From Bacilli bacterium (GTDB taxonomy: Bacteria > Bacillota_I > Bacilli_A > RFN20 > CAG-826), in contig JALCSW010000002.1 of NCBI GenBank assembly GCA_022653695.1, positions 436,320-500,319 on the forward strand: 64,000 nucleotides of DNA. Reading direction: 5' to 3'. Of this stretch, positions 17,040 through 26,032 are shown one piece after another. Positions within the stretch are counted from its first letter, which is position 1, and every line of letters starts with the position of its first letter. The notes below the pieces were generated by a model, which was given only the letters and a program-made list of their open reading frames with translations, ran no database searches and had not been told where the DNA came from. A program made the position numbers and the translations under genes.

Positions 17040-18818
17040 ATGTTTAAGCAACTAGCGGAAAAACTTCACGGACAAGGCAAGACGCCCATTATCGGATCAT
17101 GCCTTGTTTTGTCGATCCTCACGATGAGCATCGCCACCTATGCCTGGTTCACCCAAAGCCTGCCAGGGGCGAATAAGATCGTCATGACGGCCGACGACAG
17201 CTCGGTGATCGTCGATGGATACGCCTATGTCCCCGGATACGCGACGGACGAAAACGGCGACCCCATCGAGGCGGCCCATAGCAACCATGGCGAGAATCCT
17301 TTGCTCGATGCCTCAAAGCAGACGGGGGCGGGATCGGCCACTTACACGGTCACCTTCTCAAGCGCGGCCCTCTCGACGGATTTCTCCTATGCCGAACTCT
17401 ACGGGGACGAGCTTTTCCAGTATGAGCGGTCCTTCCCCCACCTCTACCTCGAATTCCGTTACACCAAGCCGACGTTCGACGGCTTCATTCAGGCGAGGGT
17501 CAAGAACATCGCGTACGCCCCCGACGTCAACGGGTACACGAACCTTAACGGCTCTTTGAGGTTCCAGTACCGCGCCGTCACGGAGCAAAACACCCCCGCC
17601 AAGAAGCGCATCAACGGTTTCACGGCCGCTTATGAGGATAGCGCCTACACCTCAAGCGATTGGACCACGATCACCGAAGAAACGGGGGATTTTGACCTCT
17701 ATAACGAGACGACCGACATGGCGGGGTACAGTTACGGAGCTTCCTACACGGTTCAGAATCAGCTCTACGTTCCCGGCTTCCCCTATATGTACGACGCGAC
17801 GAACTACTATTACTCGAAATCCACTTTCCTGGAGTTCCGCGTCGATCCCCTGAGTTGGATACAATACTTTCGGAATCACGACGGCGCGGACTCCCGGCAA
17901 TACGATTTCGGGGTCTCTTTCGACGTCGGGCTCAATTTCTCGAACACCCCCTATTACGACTCCACCTACTCGAATTCCCCACGTTTGGCCCTAAGCGCCT
18001 CCGCGCTCGCCATGAAACCCTCGAGCGCCGACCGCTCGATCGGCGTCTCGGCCTTCAATTTCTGGAATACGCCCACTTACGCCATCACGTCCACCGAGAA
18101 CGGCCTTCTCCTCTCCGCCCAAGTCGGCGCCGATAACGTTTTGGCGCTAAACTCGGGGCCAACGAGCGGGACCGCCACCCTTACCATAAGGGCCACCAAC
18201 GGCAGCCAATCGGCCGAGGCGACCCTAATCGTGCGCGTATCCGGCCCGAGCCTGAGCCTTTCGGCAAACGCCGTGACGGTGAAAATGGGCAGTTATGCCA
18301 CCGTGACGGCGGAAGCCTGCAACTTCGACGGCGAAGTCACGATCGGAGCCGCTTCAAGCGAGCCCTCCGTCGCATCCGTCTCCATCAACGGAACCTTGAT
18401 CGCCATCGCTCCTGTCGCCATCGGCGAAAGCGTGCTTATGGTGACCGCGACCGATGGTTCCAACGAAAAAACGGCCACCTGCGCCATTTCCGTCGCAAAG
18501 GAAGGCAAGACCCTTGTTTCCATCGCCGTGACCACCCCGCCTGACAAAACGGTCTATCTCAAAGGGGAGGTCTTGGACACGACGGGCCTCGTCGTCACCG
18601 CGACCTGGGACGAAGGCACCCACGCGGTCGTTTCCGGCTCTTGCGGCTTCACGCCGACCGATCTCGATGTCGCCGGGACCCAGCTCATCACCGTTTCCTA
18701 TGGCGGATGCACGACCGCGTTCGCCGTGACGGTAAACGACATCGCCCCTTGCTGGATTTTCACGGGAAAGACCGGAGGCGAGGCCGCGTTTGGCCCTCGC
18801 CTTGATCTTTTGGGGTAA
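17040..18818 (+). CDS. Secreted/surface protein: SipW-class N-terminus, TasA/camelysin-like domain, then Big_2 and Big_3 Ig-like domains
   Basis: ATG at 17040 (track alternative is TTG at 17019). Hydrophobic segment followed by ATYAWFTQS. Big_2-like stretch LSLSANAVTVKMGSYATVTAEA...VASVSINGTLIAIAPVAIGESVLMVTATDG. Big_3-like stretch LVSIAVTTPPDKTVYLKGEVLDTTGLVVTATWDEG...GTQLITVSYGG. Confidence 0.7.
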   Translation: MFKQLAEKLHGQGKTPIIGSCLVLSILTMSIATYAWFTQSLPGANKIVMTADDSSVIVDGYAYVPGYATDENGDPIEAAHSNHGENPLLDASKQTGAGSATYTVTFSSAALSTDFSYAELYGDELFQYERSFPHLYLEFRYTKPTFDGFIQARVKNIAYAPDVNGYTNLNGSLRFQYRAVTEQNTPAKKRINGFTAAYEDSAYTSSDWTTITEETGDFDLYNETTDMAGYSYGASYTVQNQLYVPGFPYMYDATNYYYSKSTFLEFRVDPLSWIQYFRNHDGADSRQYDFGVSFDVGLNFSNTPYYDSTYSNSPRLALSASALAMKPSSADRSIGVSAFNFWNTPTYAITSTENGLLLSAQVGADNVLALNSGPTSGTATLTIRATNGSQSAEATLIVRVSGPSLSLSANAVTVKMGSYATVTAEACNFDGEVTIGAASSEPSVASVSINGTLIAIAPVAIGESVLMVTATDGSNEKTATCAISVAKEGKTLVSIAVTTPPDKTVYLKGEVLDTTGLVVTATWDEGTHAVVSGSCGFTPTDLDVAGTQLITVSYGGCTTAFAVTVNDIAPCWIFTGKTGGEAAFGPRLDLLG

Positions 18819-18821
18819 CCG

Positions 18822-21608
18822 ATGGGAAAGCCGCTGAAAGCGAAAACCAAACGGATCCTAGGCGTCCTTCTCGCGTGCTCGGGCGCGAGCGCCGTCGCCC
18901 TTTCCTCCGTCGCCTCTTTGGCGGCGTATCTCGACGTGGCCACGTTCAGGGCTCCGGTGACCTACGAAACCGAGAACGTCGGCGCGACTTATTTTTCCGG
19001 AGGCGAGGGAACGCCCTCAAATCCTTACCTAATCGGCACGGCCTCGCAGTTGCGCAATTTGCAGAAACTCAATTCCCTAGGCATGTTCGGCCCTTCGACC
19101 GAATTCGATTTAAGCGCGGATATCCTTTGGAGCGGCGAGGCTTTACGGCCGATCGGGAGCGACGACGTTCCCTTTGAGGGGACTTTCGACGGCCGGGGGC
19201 ACACGATCGCGGGGCTTCTCGTCGACGGCTTCCAGACCTGGGACGTCGGCATGTTCGGTTACGTGGCCATCACCGGGACGATCAAGAACCTCATCCTCGA
19301 CGCCCCGACCGTTTGCGTCGGGGCTAACGCCGACGGGGCTAGCGCCGACAGCACGAATCCCCTGCACTCAATCCTCAAAAGGGCCGCCCAAAATCTGCCG
19401 ATACCCAGCCTCACCCAAAGCGGGGAAGGCTACGTTTCCTGGACCGATCGCGACGGCGGCTCCGCCATCTCGGGCCTCGCCTCCTCCCTCGTCGACGCTA
19501 ACGGGGATTCGCACGCGATCGTCTACGAAAGCAGCGATGAAAGCCTGCTGAGCTACGAAAACGGGGCGTGGGTGACCCACGCCACCGCCAGCGCGAACCC
19601 CGACGCGGACCTCTTCCCGGCGATGCTTACCGGCCGCGTCTTCGCCGAAATTGGCGGCAAGATCTCCGCCTATACCGTCGAACGCTACGAAGTCAACGTC
19701 CTCGGAAACGGGACGATCAGCGACGGCCACGTTTCCCTAACCGACGAGGTCACCGGGGTTTCCGTCGATGAGGAAGACGGCGTCTTCAAAACCATTTGGC
19801 CGCTCGACCCAAGCGGGGGCACGAGCGATTATCATGGCGTTTACGTCGGCTTTTTCTGCGGGGATCTCGACGGATCCGCCACGTGCTGCGGCCTCGTTGG
19901 GGGCAACGATTACGGCTCCTCCGCCAACGCCAAAATCATCGTTTCGGGCCGCCCGGCCGCCTCCGCTTCCTCGCTTGTGGGACGTTGCCGCGACGATGAT
20001 GTTCGCGATGGGGCGGGCGGAAGAAGATACACCCACGCGTTCGATTTCGGCAAAAACGTCACCAGCTATAGTTTCGAGGCCCCTGCCAAACCCTATGAAG
20101 GAACGTATTACTATCGCTATAACGATTCCTCTTTGGACTCTTTCGCAAGCGGAAACATCGCCCGCCAAATCGCTGATTCGAACGCTCTGAGCAAAGAATA
20201 CCTGAAGTTGCCCGACGGGACGACCGACGGCGAGGCCTACAAATACATGCGCGTTTACCCTACGGCCAGCAAGAACGAGAACGTATCCTACGCTTACGCA
20301 GACGGAGACGGCAACGTCCACGAAATCACGGGCCGGATCGCGATGCATTTCAGCGAGCCGCTATCCGGGGCGGCCGATACCCTTTGCCGCGACTGGCGTT
20401 ACGACATGGGCGCGATAGGGGACCGCAACGGCGACGGCCTCGTCGACGAAGGCGACATCAGGCAGAGCGACGACTACGACCACGCGATCGATCTTAGCGA
20501 CGACGATCCCGACCTCCGGGGGGAACTCGACCCCTCCCTTTACGCCCTCGACTTAAACGTTCCGGCCGACTATTGCCTCAATAACGGTTTCTGGGTGTCC
20601 ACCGAGCGCGGCGGCGAGGACGTCGTCGACGCCATCGCCGACAAATCATCCTTCAGCCTAACCTTCACGATCGATTACGTCGCGACCACCACCAACCCCA
20701 TCCATAACCAGAACAGTTGGCAAATCATGTATAACGCCAGCAACCAAAGCCTCCACAGGTTCCAACCGGTGCGCAACGACCTTAACGGCGATCCTCAAGG
20801 CTTCTTCTACAAAGACGGGGCTCTGCAGAACCTTCTTTGGTACGACCTTCATCACCCTTATCAATATAGCGACGCCGATCGGTGCTATCGCGAGATCGAC
20901 TCGGAATACGCCCCGGTCCCCATCGTTGACGACGGGACGAGGCAGACGGCGAGGCTCTCGATCGACATCGACCGGAACGACGCCTCGTTTTGGGCGGCCT
21001 ATTACGGCGATTACCCTTCTTCCTCCGCTTGGAGCCCTTGCTTTGCGATCGGGCCGGGGAAAGACGATTCGGCAACCCATTGGAAAGCCGCCTCATTGAC
21101 CGGGGCCAGCCAAATCACCGATGGATCAAGCGGCAATTGGAGCGACTATTACGACGTTTGGCGCGGCCCTTTCGTCTCGGAGGATCCGCAATATCGGAAC
21201 CCTCAGGTCTCCCAGCGGGGCCTTCAAGGCGACGCGGCCCAGTTCTTCAACAGCTTTTTCGCCCTTCAAGGCGACTTATCGCTCGACGTCCTCTCCTTCG
21301 GCTTCCTCGTCGCCGGGGCGAACGGCAACGTCTCCTCGACCATGCGGAACGTCGACTACCTTTATCGGGCCTCCGACGTCGAATTCGATGGGTCCAGCGA
21401 CACCTTCTCCTCCTGGAACCGAGCCTCCGACACCCGGGTTTCCTTCGACGTCACGACGGCCTTAGCCTCCGGGAACGCCACGTATTATTACTATCGCGAG
21501 GCCACCGAAGACGGCTACGGGGCCTCCGTCCACGCCGACTACACGAACTCCGCTTACGAGCCCGTGAACGCGAGGGGTTACGCCAAGGCGAACTTTCTTA
21601 GGAGATAG
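18822..21608 (+). CDS. Large (928 aa) surface protein with GLUG/beta-helix-type N-terminal module and one dockerin/EF-hand-like Ca-binding motif
   Basis: Starts 3 nt after the upstream stop. The signature GTPSNPYLIGTASQLRNL...VPFEGTFDGRGHTIAGLLV is typical of GLUG-type beta-helix adhesins. DRNGDGLVDEGDI is present. The N-terminus has both a possible lipobox (VLLAC) and a long hydrophobic stretch ending SLAAYLDV. Confidence 0.65.
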   Translation: MGKPLKAKTKRILGVLLACSGASAVALSSVASLAAYLDVATFRAPVTYETENVGATYFSGGEGTPSNPYLIGTASQLRNLQKLNSLGMFGPSTEFDLSADILWSGEALRPIGSDDVPFEGTFDGRGHTIAGLLVDGFQTWDVGMFGYVAITGTIKNLILDAPTVCVGANADGASADSTNPLHSILKRAAQNLPIPSLTQSGEGYVSWTDRDGGSAISGLASSLVDANGDSHAIVYESSDESLLSYENGAWVTHATASANPDADLFPAMLTGRVFAEIGGKISAYTVERYEVNVLGNGTISDGHVSLTDEVTGVSVDEEDGVFKTIWPLDPSGGTSDYHGVYVGFFCGDLDGSATCCGLVGGNDYGSSANAKIIVSGRPAASASSLVGRCRDDDVRDGAGGRRYTHAFDFGKNVTSYSFEAPAKPYEGTYYYRYNDSSLDSFASGNIARQIADSNALSKEYLKLPDGTTDGEAYKYMRVYPTASKNENVSYAYADGDGNVHEITGRIAMHFSEPLSGAADTLCRDWRYDMGAIGDRNGDGLVDEGDIRQSDDYDHAIDLSDDDPDLRGELDPSLYALDLNVPADYCLNNGFWVSTERGGEDVVDAIADKSSFSLTFTIDYVATTTNPIHNQNSWQIMYNASNQSLHRFQPVRNDLNGDPQGFFYKDGALQNLLWYDLHHPYQYSDADRCYREIDSEYAPVPIVDDGTRQTARLSIDIDRNDASFWAAYYGDYPSSSAWSPCFAIGPGKDDSATHWKAASLTGASQITDGSSGNWSDYYDVWRGPFVSEDPQYRNPQVSQRGLQGDAAQFFNSFFALQGDLSLDVLSFGFLVAGANGNVSSTMRNVDYLYRASDVEFDGSSDTFSSWNRASDTRVSFDVTTALASGNATYYYYREATEDGYGASVHADYTNSAYEPVNARGYAKANFLRR

Positions 21609-21610
21609 CC

Positions 21611-22504
21611 ATGCGCCGGTTCAAATTCACGAAAAACGTCGCTTTCGAGATGGTGATGGCCCTCCTTACCGTTGCCTCTTTGGCCGCGAGCACGTTCGCC
21701 TGGTTCAACATCAAATCCGGCACCACCATCGCTTTTTGGAGCATGAAGATCTCCGATCCGTCCAACATCAAAGTCCAAATAAAATACTGCGTCCATAACA
21801 AAACGACAACCTACGACGCCGACGGGAAGCCCGTCGTGACCTTCTCGGGTTACAACGACCCCCGACCCCCCACGACGACCGACCCCAGTCAGCGGAAGAC
21901 CTGCTCCGATTATTCCTCGGACTTCATTTCGGTCCCGGGCAACGTCTACCAGGAAAACGGGCCTTTGGACTTAAGGAACCTGGTCCCGGGGCTCGTCCAT
22001 ACTTTCGTTTTCGAAATATACGCCAAGAAGACCGCCGACGTCCGCTTCTATTGCCGAAACTGGTATTCGCCCGGCAACGGGCTTTGCTATCTGGCCGGCC
22101 AGCACGCCTACCCCGTCCCCGTTTGCCTCGCCAGCGCGATCGACATGTACCCCAACAACTACCCCAAGGGCACCAACGCCGAGAACACGGCCCACGCCGC
22201 CCAATACATGACCACCTATATCTGCGAATGGAACGGCCGCGATTACTTCACGTTCTACGACAACACCCAACAGCTGGATCCGAACGGATACCTTATGTGG
22301 TCGGGCACCATCGAAGGCGACCACACCAACCTCGTCTTCTTCACCCTCGGCTTTTCCAACAAAAGCGATTGCTACTACAAGTACAGCTCCACGGACGGGA
22401 CCTACGACTACTATTACCGCGACGGCAGCGGCAGCAACGATTGCTACCGGGGCATGGAATTCAACATCACCGATCTCTATGTCGATTCCGTCCAGTCCTC
22501 ATGA
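21611..22504 (+). CDS. TasA/CalY (camelysin, peptidase M73)-like secreted protein with SipW-class N-terminus
   Basis: AGGAGA RBS; starts 2 nt after the upstream stop. N-terminus LLTVASLAASTFAWFNIKS. Internal LDLRNLVPGLVHTFVFEI resembles the NL-x-PG-D strand motif of TasA/camelysin. The C-terminus has TNLVFFTLGFSN. Confidence 0.6.
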   Translation: MRRFKFTKNVAFEMVMALLTVASLAASTFAWFNIKSGTTIAFWSMKISDPSNIKVQIKYCVHNKTTTYDADGKPVVTFSGYNDPRPPTTTDPSQRKTCSDYSSDFISVPGNVYQENGPLDLRNLVPGLVHTFVFEIYAKKTADVRFYCRNWYSPGNGLCYLAGQHAYPVPVCLASAIDMYPNNYPKGTNAENTAHAAQYMTTYICEWNGRDYFTFYDNTQQLDPNGYLMWSGTIEGDHTNLVFFTLGFSNKSDCYYKYSSTDGTYDYYYRDGSGSNDCYRGMEFNITDLYVDSVQSS

Positions 22505-22524
22505 ATCCGCCTTTTTCCCGGCCT

Positions 22525-23037
22525 TTATAGCGTTTTTCGATAAATAATGACGTTTATCGTCTCGTCTTTTTTGGCGATGTAGCGGCCTTTTTCCTCCCCC
22601 GTCAAGGAAAAGCCCAACCGCTCCAAAAGCCGACGCGAAGAGACGTTTCTTTCATCCGTTTCGGCATAGCAAAAAAGCTTTCCGATTCCTTTCATGTAGG
22701 CTAAGACCGAGGAGAGCGCCTCTTTCATGAAGCCGCGGCCCCAACTCTTTTCGCGAAGGATGCAGCCGATCTCGAAGCCCCCCTCAGGAAGGTCTTTCAC
22801 GATCTCGACTTCGCCGATGGGCTCCCCGTCGAGGGTGAGGGCCCAACTGAGGTTCCGCCTTTTCCTGATCCAGCCGGCAAGGATCCTCTCCGTAGCCGCG
22901 AGGTCGCGATGGGGACGCCAAAAAACGTAACGGGTGCACGAAAGCGAGCCGCACCATTCGTTAATCGCGCGGGCATCGGCGTCCTCAAAAGGCCGCAGCA
23001 ACAACCGTTCGGTTCGGATGAAGGGGGTTTCCTTCAT
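22525..23037 (-). CDS. GNAT-family N-acetyltransferase (RimJ/RimL-like)
   Basis: TERLLLRPFEDADA... and WGRGFMKEALSSVLAYM motifs. Confidence 0.85.
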   Translation of the reverse strand: MKETPFIRTERLLLRPFEDADARAINEWCGSLSCTRYVFWRPHRDLAATERILAGWIRKRRNLSWALTLDGEPIGEVEIVKDLPEGGFEIGCILREKSWGRGFMKEALSSVLAYMKGIGKLFCYAETDERNVSSRRLLERLGFSLTGEEKGRYIAKKDETINVIIYRKTL

Positions 23038-23040
23038 CTT

Positions 23041-23394
23041 TCAGGCTTTCCACAAAACCCGGTCACCGCCCCCCAAAGAGGCGTCCCCGCCCACGATTTT
23101 GCCGAGTTTGGTCATCGTGTCCTTGAACCGCTTGCCGCCACCCGTGCACAAATAGACCTTCGTGAGCGCCACCGCGACCGAGAAGCCGAGCCGATACGAC
23201 GCGGAATCATATTCCCCCGTATCAAAGGCCGAAATGGCCCCTTCGTCCAGAAAATCCATAAGCGCTTTTTGCTGCTTGACGCTCAAAGGCCCATAAGGAA
23301 CGCCGTTGATGACGATGGCCTTGAGGAACTTCTTCCCCTCTTTTGAGCTCGCCTTTTTGCCGGAGCCGTTTTTCTTGTCTTTCTTTTCGTCCAT
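23041..23394 (-). CDS. Hypothetical protein with Lys-rich N-terminus
   Basis: 117 aa, 3 nt upstream of the GNAT gene. I recognised no domain. Confidence 0.5.
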   Translation of the reverse strand: MDEKKDKKNGSGKKASSKEGKKFLKAIVINGVPYGPLSVKQQKALMDFLDEGAISAFDTGEYDSASYRLGFSVAVALTKVYLCTGGGKRFKDTMTKLGKIVGGDASLGGGDRVLWKA

Positions 23395-23502
23395 AAAGGG
23401 CCTCCTTCACTAACTAAGATAGCCTCAAAATCCACGCATGGCGACTATTTCGCCTCGCGAACGGGCCAAAACCGGCCTTTCATGCTAAGATACTTTTGCT
23501 AG

Positions 23503-23883
23503 ATGCTTTTAACAAGAGACCTCATTCGCGAATTCAATCCTTTCCATCCCGCGCTTGACGCGACGGTGCGCAAGGTCGATTGCAAACCCCTAAACGGCTA
23601 TCAGGCCTTGGTGTTCGTCCTCCTTTTTCATAGCGACGGCTCCCAACTCTTCATCGCCCTTGAGGGCAAGTGGAAGAAAGAGACGGTCGATTGCGCCAAA
23701 ACGTTCCTCGGCAAAACGGTCAAGCGTTGCCTCAGCAACCGCAAACGGACCGCCTTCACCCTCGTCACGGTCGAGCAAAACCAAAAGGACGGAAAAGGCG
23801 AGGAGAGCCAATTCTCCCTCACGGGCATCCTCTCCCATTGCATCAATTGCCCCCAAACCCAGCGAATCGACAACGTGCAATGA
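23503..23883 (+). CDS. Hypothetical protein
   Basis: 126-aa ORF in an otherwise uncovered region. No recognisable motif. Confidence 0.4.
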   Translation: MLLTRDLIREFNPFHPALDATVRKVDCKPLNGYQALVFVLLFHSDGSQLFIALEGKWKKETVDCAKTFLGKTVKRCLSNRKRTAFTLVTVEQNQKDGKGEESQFSLTGILSHCINCPQTQRIDNVQ

Positions 23884-23977
23884 ACGTCGGGGCTGGCGCC
23901 TTCGGAAACGATAAGGCCTTCCATTGCCCGCGCATGCGATATTAAAATATTAGAATAGGACACGAAGAGGTCAGATC

Positions 23978-24985
23978 ATGAACGTTGCCGCCGTCATCCT
24001 TCTATTCATCGGATTGATATTATCGATCGCCAGCCTCGTTTTCCTTGGCCTTCCCGCCCTCACGGCGGAAACCGCTTCCGTCGGAGGCAACAACGTCTTT
24101 TCCATTTTCACCGGCGGCTTTGCCGACATCTTCAGGGGGCTGCAGGCGAATTTCAAAAACTATTTTGACTTCGGGAACATGTTCGCCGTGTGCAACTCCA
24201 ACGGCGACATGCCTTTCTTCTATCTCGTCGTGGGGTTCCTCGTTCTCGCGGCCCTGCTCCTGCTCATTCACTTCATCCTCATGTGCGCGCACCGGAAATG
24301 GTACGCCTTCGGCGCCGGGATCCTTTGGGCCGCCATCGCCTTTTTCTCATACATGCTGCTCGTCGTTTTCCTCATTCCGGTGGTTCTGGGGCGTTCCTTC
24401 AACGTTTACGACGCCGCCCTCAACATTTGGAAACCCACCACCGACGCCGACTCCCTGTTCATGAACATAATCGCTTACGTGAAAGAAGGCGGCTATGCCG
24501 ATTATGCGAGCGTCAAGACCAAAACGATGGTTCTCTTGCCGTTCATCCTCGCCTGTTCCGGCATCCTTCTGTCTTTTGTGGGCTGCCTTATATCGATCGT
24601 CGACGCCGGACGCAAGAAAAAATCCGCCCCCGCGGACGCCAAGGCCCAAAAGCCGGCAAGCGAAAGCCCGATTCAGGTCATCGTCCAGAACGTTCCTGGC
24701 AAAGACCGCGTTATCGTGGTCCCCTCGGAAATCAACCAGCCCCCTCGGCAAGCCGGACCCCAAATGGTCCAATACATCACCACCGCCGACGAAGCGGACG
24801 AGGAAGAGAACCTCGCGACCGAAAGCGACGCCCGAAAGGCCGTACGCGCGGCCCTTTATGGAGAGGCGGCCGAGAAGGCCCCCGGCCCCATCGGCCAAAG
24901 GCAAAGCCCTGAGACGGAGGAATATCTGACCCAAGACGAGGCGCGGCGGGCCGTGCGCGAAGCTTTGGCGAACAAAGGCAAGTGA
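23978..24985 (+). CDS. Hypothetical polytopic membrane protein with charged C-terminal tail
   Basis: About 5 TM helices, then a Lys/Ala/Pro/Glu-rich tail with a duplicated DAR(K/R)AVR(A/E)AL motif. Confidence 0.65.
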   Translation: MNVAAVILLFIGLILSIASLVFLGLPALTAETASVGGNNVFSIFTGGFADIFRGLQANFKNYFDFGNMFAVCNSNGDMPFFYLVVGFLVLAALLLLIHFILMCAHRKWYAFGAGILWAAIAFFSYMLLVVFLIPVVLGRSFNVYDAALNIWKPTTDADSLFMNIIAYVKEGGYADYASVKTKTMVLLPFILACSGILLSFVGCLISIVDAGRKKKSAPADAKAQKPASESPIQVIVQNVPGKDRVIVVPSEINQPPRQAGPQMVQYITTADEADEEENLATESDARKAVRAALYGEAAEKAPGPIGQRQSPETEEYLTQDEARRAVREALANKGK

Positions 24986-25087
24986 CAACGGGGCAAAAGG
25001 AAATCAGTTTTTTCGTTTGCGCGCATCCTTATTGACACAATGTTATTAAGCCATTTATAGTAATAGGGGCAGAAGGGTTTCGACCAT

Positions 25088-25960
25088 ATGGGACCAATCG
25101 TTTATTTCACAAGGGATTTGTCGCCCGAAGGCGTGGCCAAGGCGTTTGACCTCATTAAAGCCAACGTGAAGGGGAAAGTCGCCCTCAAACTCCATTCCGG
25201 CGAGGAAGGCAACCAAAATTACCTCGGGCCCGCTTGGTTTAAGCCCATCGTCAAGGAACTCCATGCCACGGTCGTGGAGTGCAACACCGCATACGAGGGG
25301 GCCCGCAACACCACCGAAAAGCATCGGAAGCTTTTGGCCGAACACGGCTGGAGCAAGGCCTTCAAGGTCGATTTGCTCGACGCCGAGGGACCCGATGCCG
25401 TCTTGCGGATCCCTAACGGCCGCATCATCAAAGAAGATTATGTCGGCAAAGACCTCCTCGATTACGATTCCCTCATCGTCGTAAGCCACTTCAAAGGGCA
25501 TCCGATGGGAGGATACGGAGGCGCCCTCAAACAACTCTCGATCGGTTGCGCCTCCAGCTATGGCAAAATGCACATCCACACCGCCGGAAGCGATAAACCC
25601 GAGGAAATGTGGACCGCCGACCACGACCGATTCCTCGAAGCCATGGCCGATGCCGCCTCCGCGGTTTATGGGCGTTTCAAGGCCCATTGCGGCTTCGTCT
25701 CCATCATGAAGAACATGTCCGTCGACTGCGATTGCTGCGCCGTGGCGGAGGACCCCTGCCTCAAAGACGTCGGAGTCTTGGCCTCGCTTGACCCGATCGC
25801 GATCGACCAGGCTTGCCTCGACCTCGTTTACAAAAGCGAGGACCCCGGCAAAGCCCACTTCATCGAACGCGTGGAATCGCGCCATGGGATCCATACGATC
25901 GAGGCCGCCGCCGCGCTTGGCTTCGGGTCGCGCGAATACGAACTCGTCGAAATCAAGTGA
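25088..25960 (+). CDS. DUF362-family protein
   Basis: VYFTRDLSPEGVAKAFDLI...ALKLHSGEEGN...VVSHFKGHPMGGYGGALKQLSIGCAS and the C-terminal CDCC motif match my memory of DUF362. Confidence 0.7.
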   Translation: MGPIVYFTRDLSPEGVAKAFDLIKANVKGKVALKLHSGEEGNQNYLGPAWFKPIVKELHATVVECNTAYEGARNTTEKHRKLLAEHGWSKAFKVDLLDAEGPDAVLRIPNGRIIKEDYVGKDLLDYDSLIVVSHFKGHPMGGYGGALKQLSIGCASSYGKMHIHTAGSDKPEEMWTADHDRFLEAMADAASAVYGRFKAHCGFVSIMKNMSVDCDCCAVAEDPCLKDVGVLASLDPIAIDQACLDLVYKSEDPGKAHFIERVESRHGIHTIEAAAALGFGSREYELVEIK

Positions 25961-25976
25961 TCGCCAATCCGATTTC

Positions 25977-26022
25977 AAAAAGCGCCAACCCCAAACGGGC
26001 AGGCGCTTTTTTCGATTGGCGA
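25977..26022. terminator. Bidirectional Rho-independent terminator
   Basis: AAAAAGCGCC ... GGCGCTTTTTT hairpin, nested inside a longer imperfect inverted repeat (TCGCCAATC...GATTGGCGA), between convergent genes. Confidence 0.7.
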
Positions 26023-26032
26023 AAGCAAAAGG

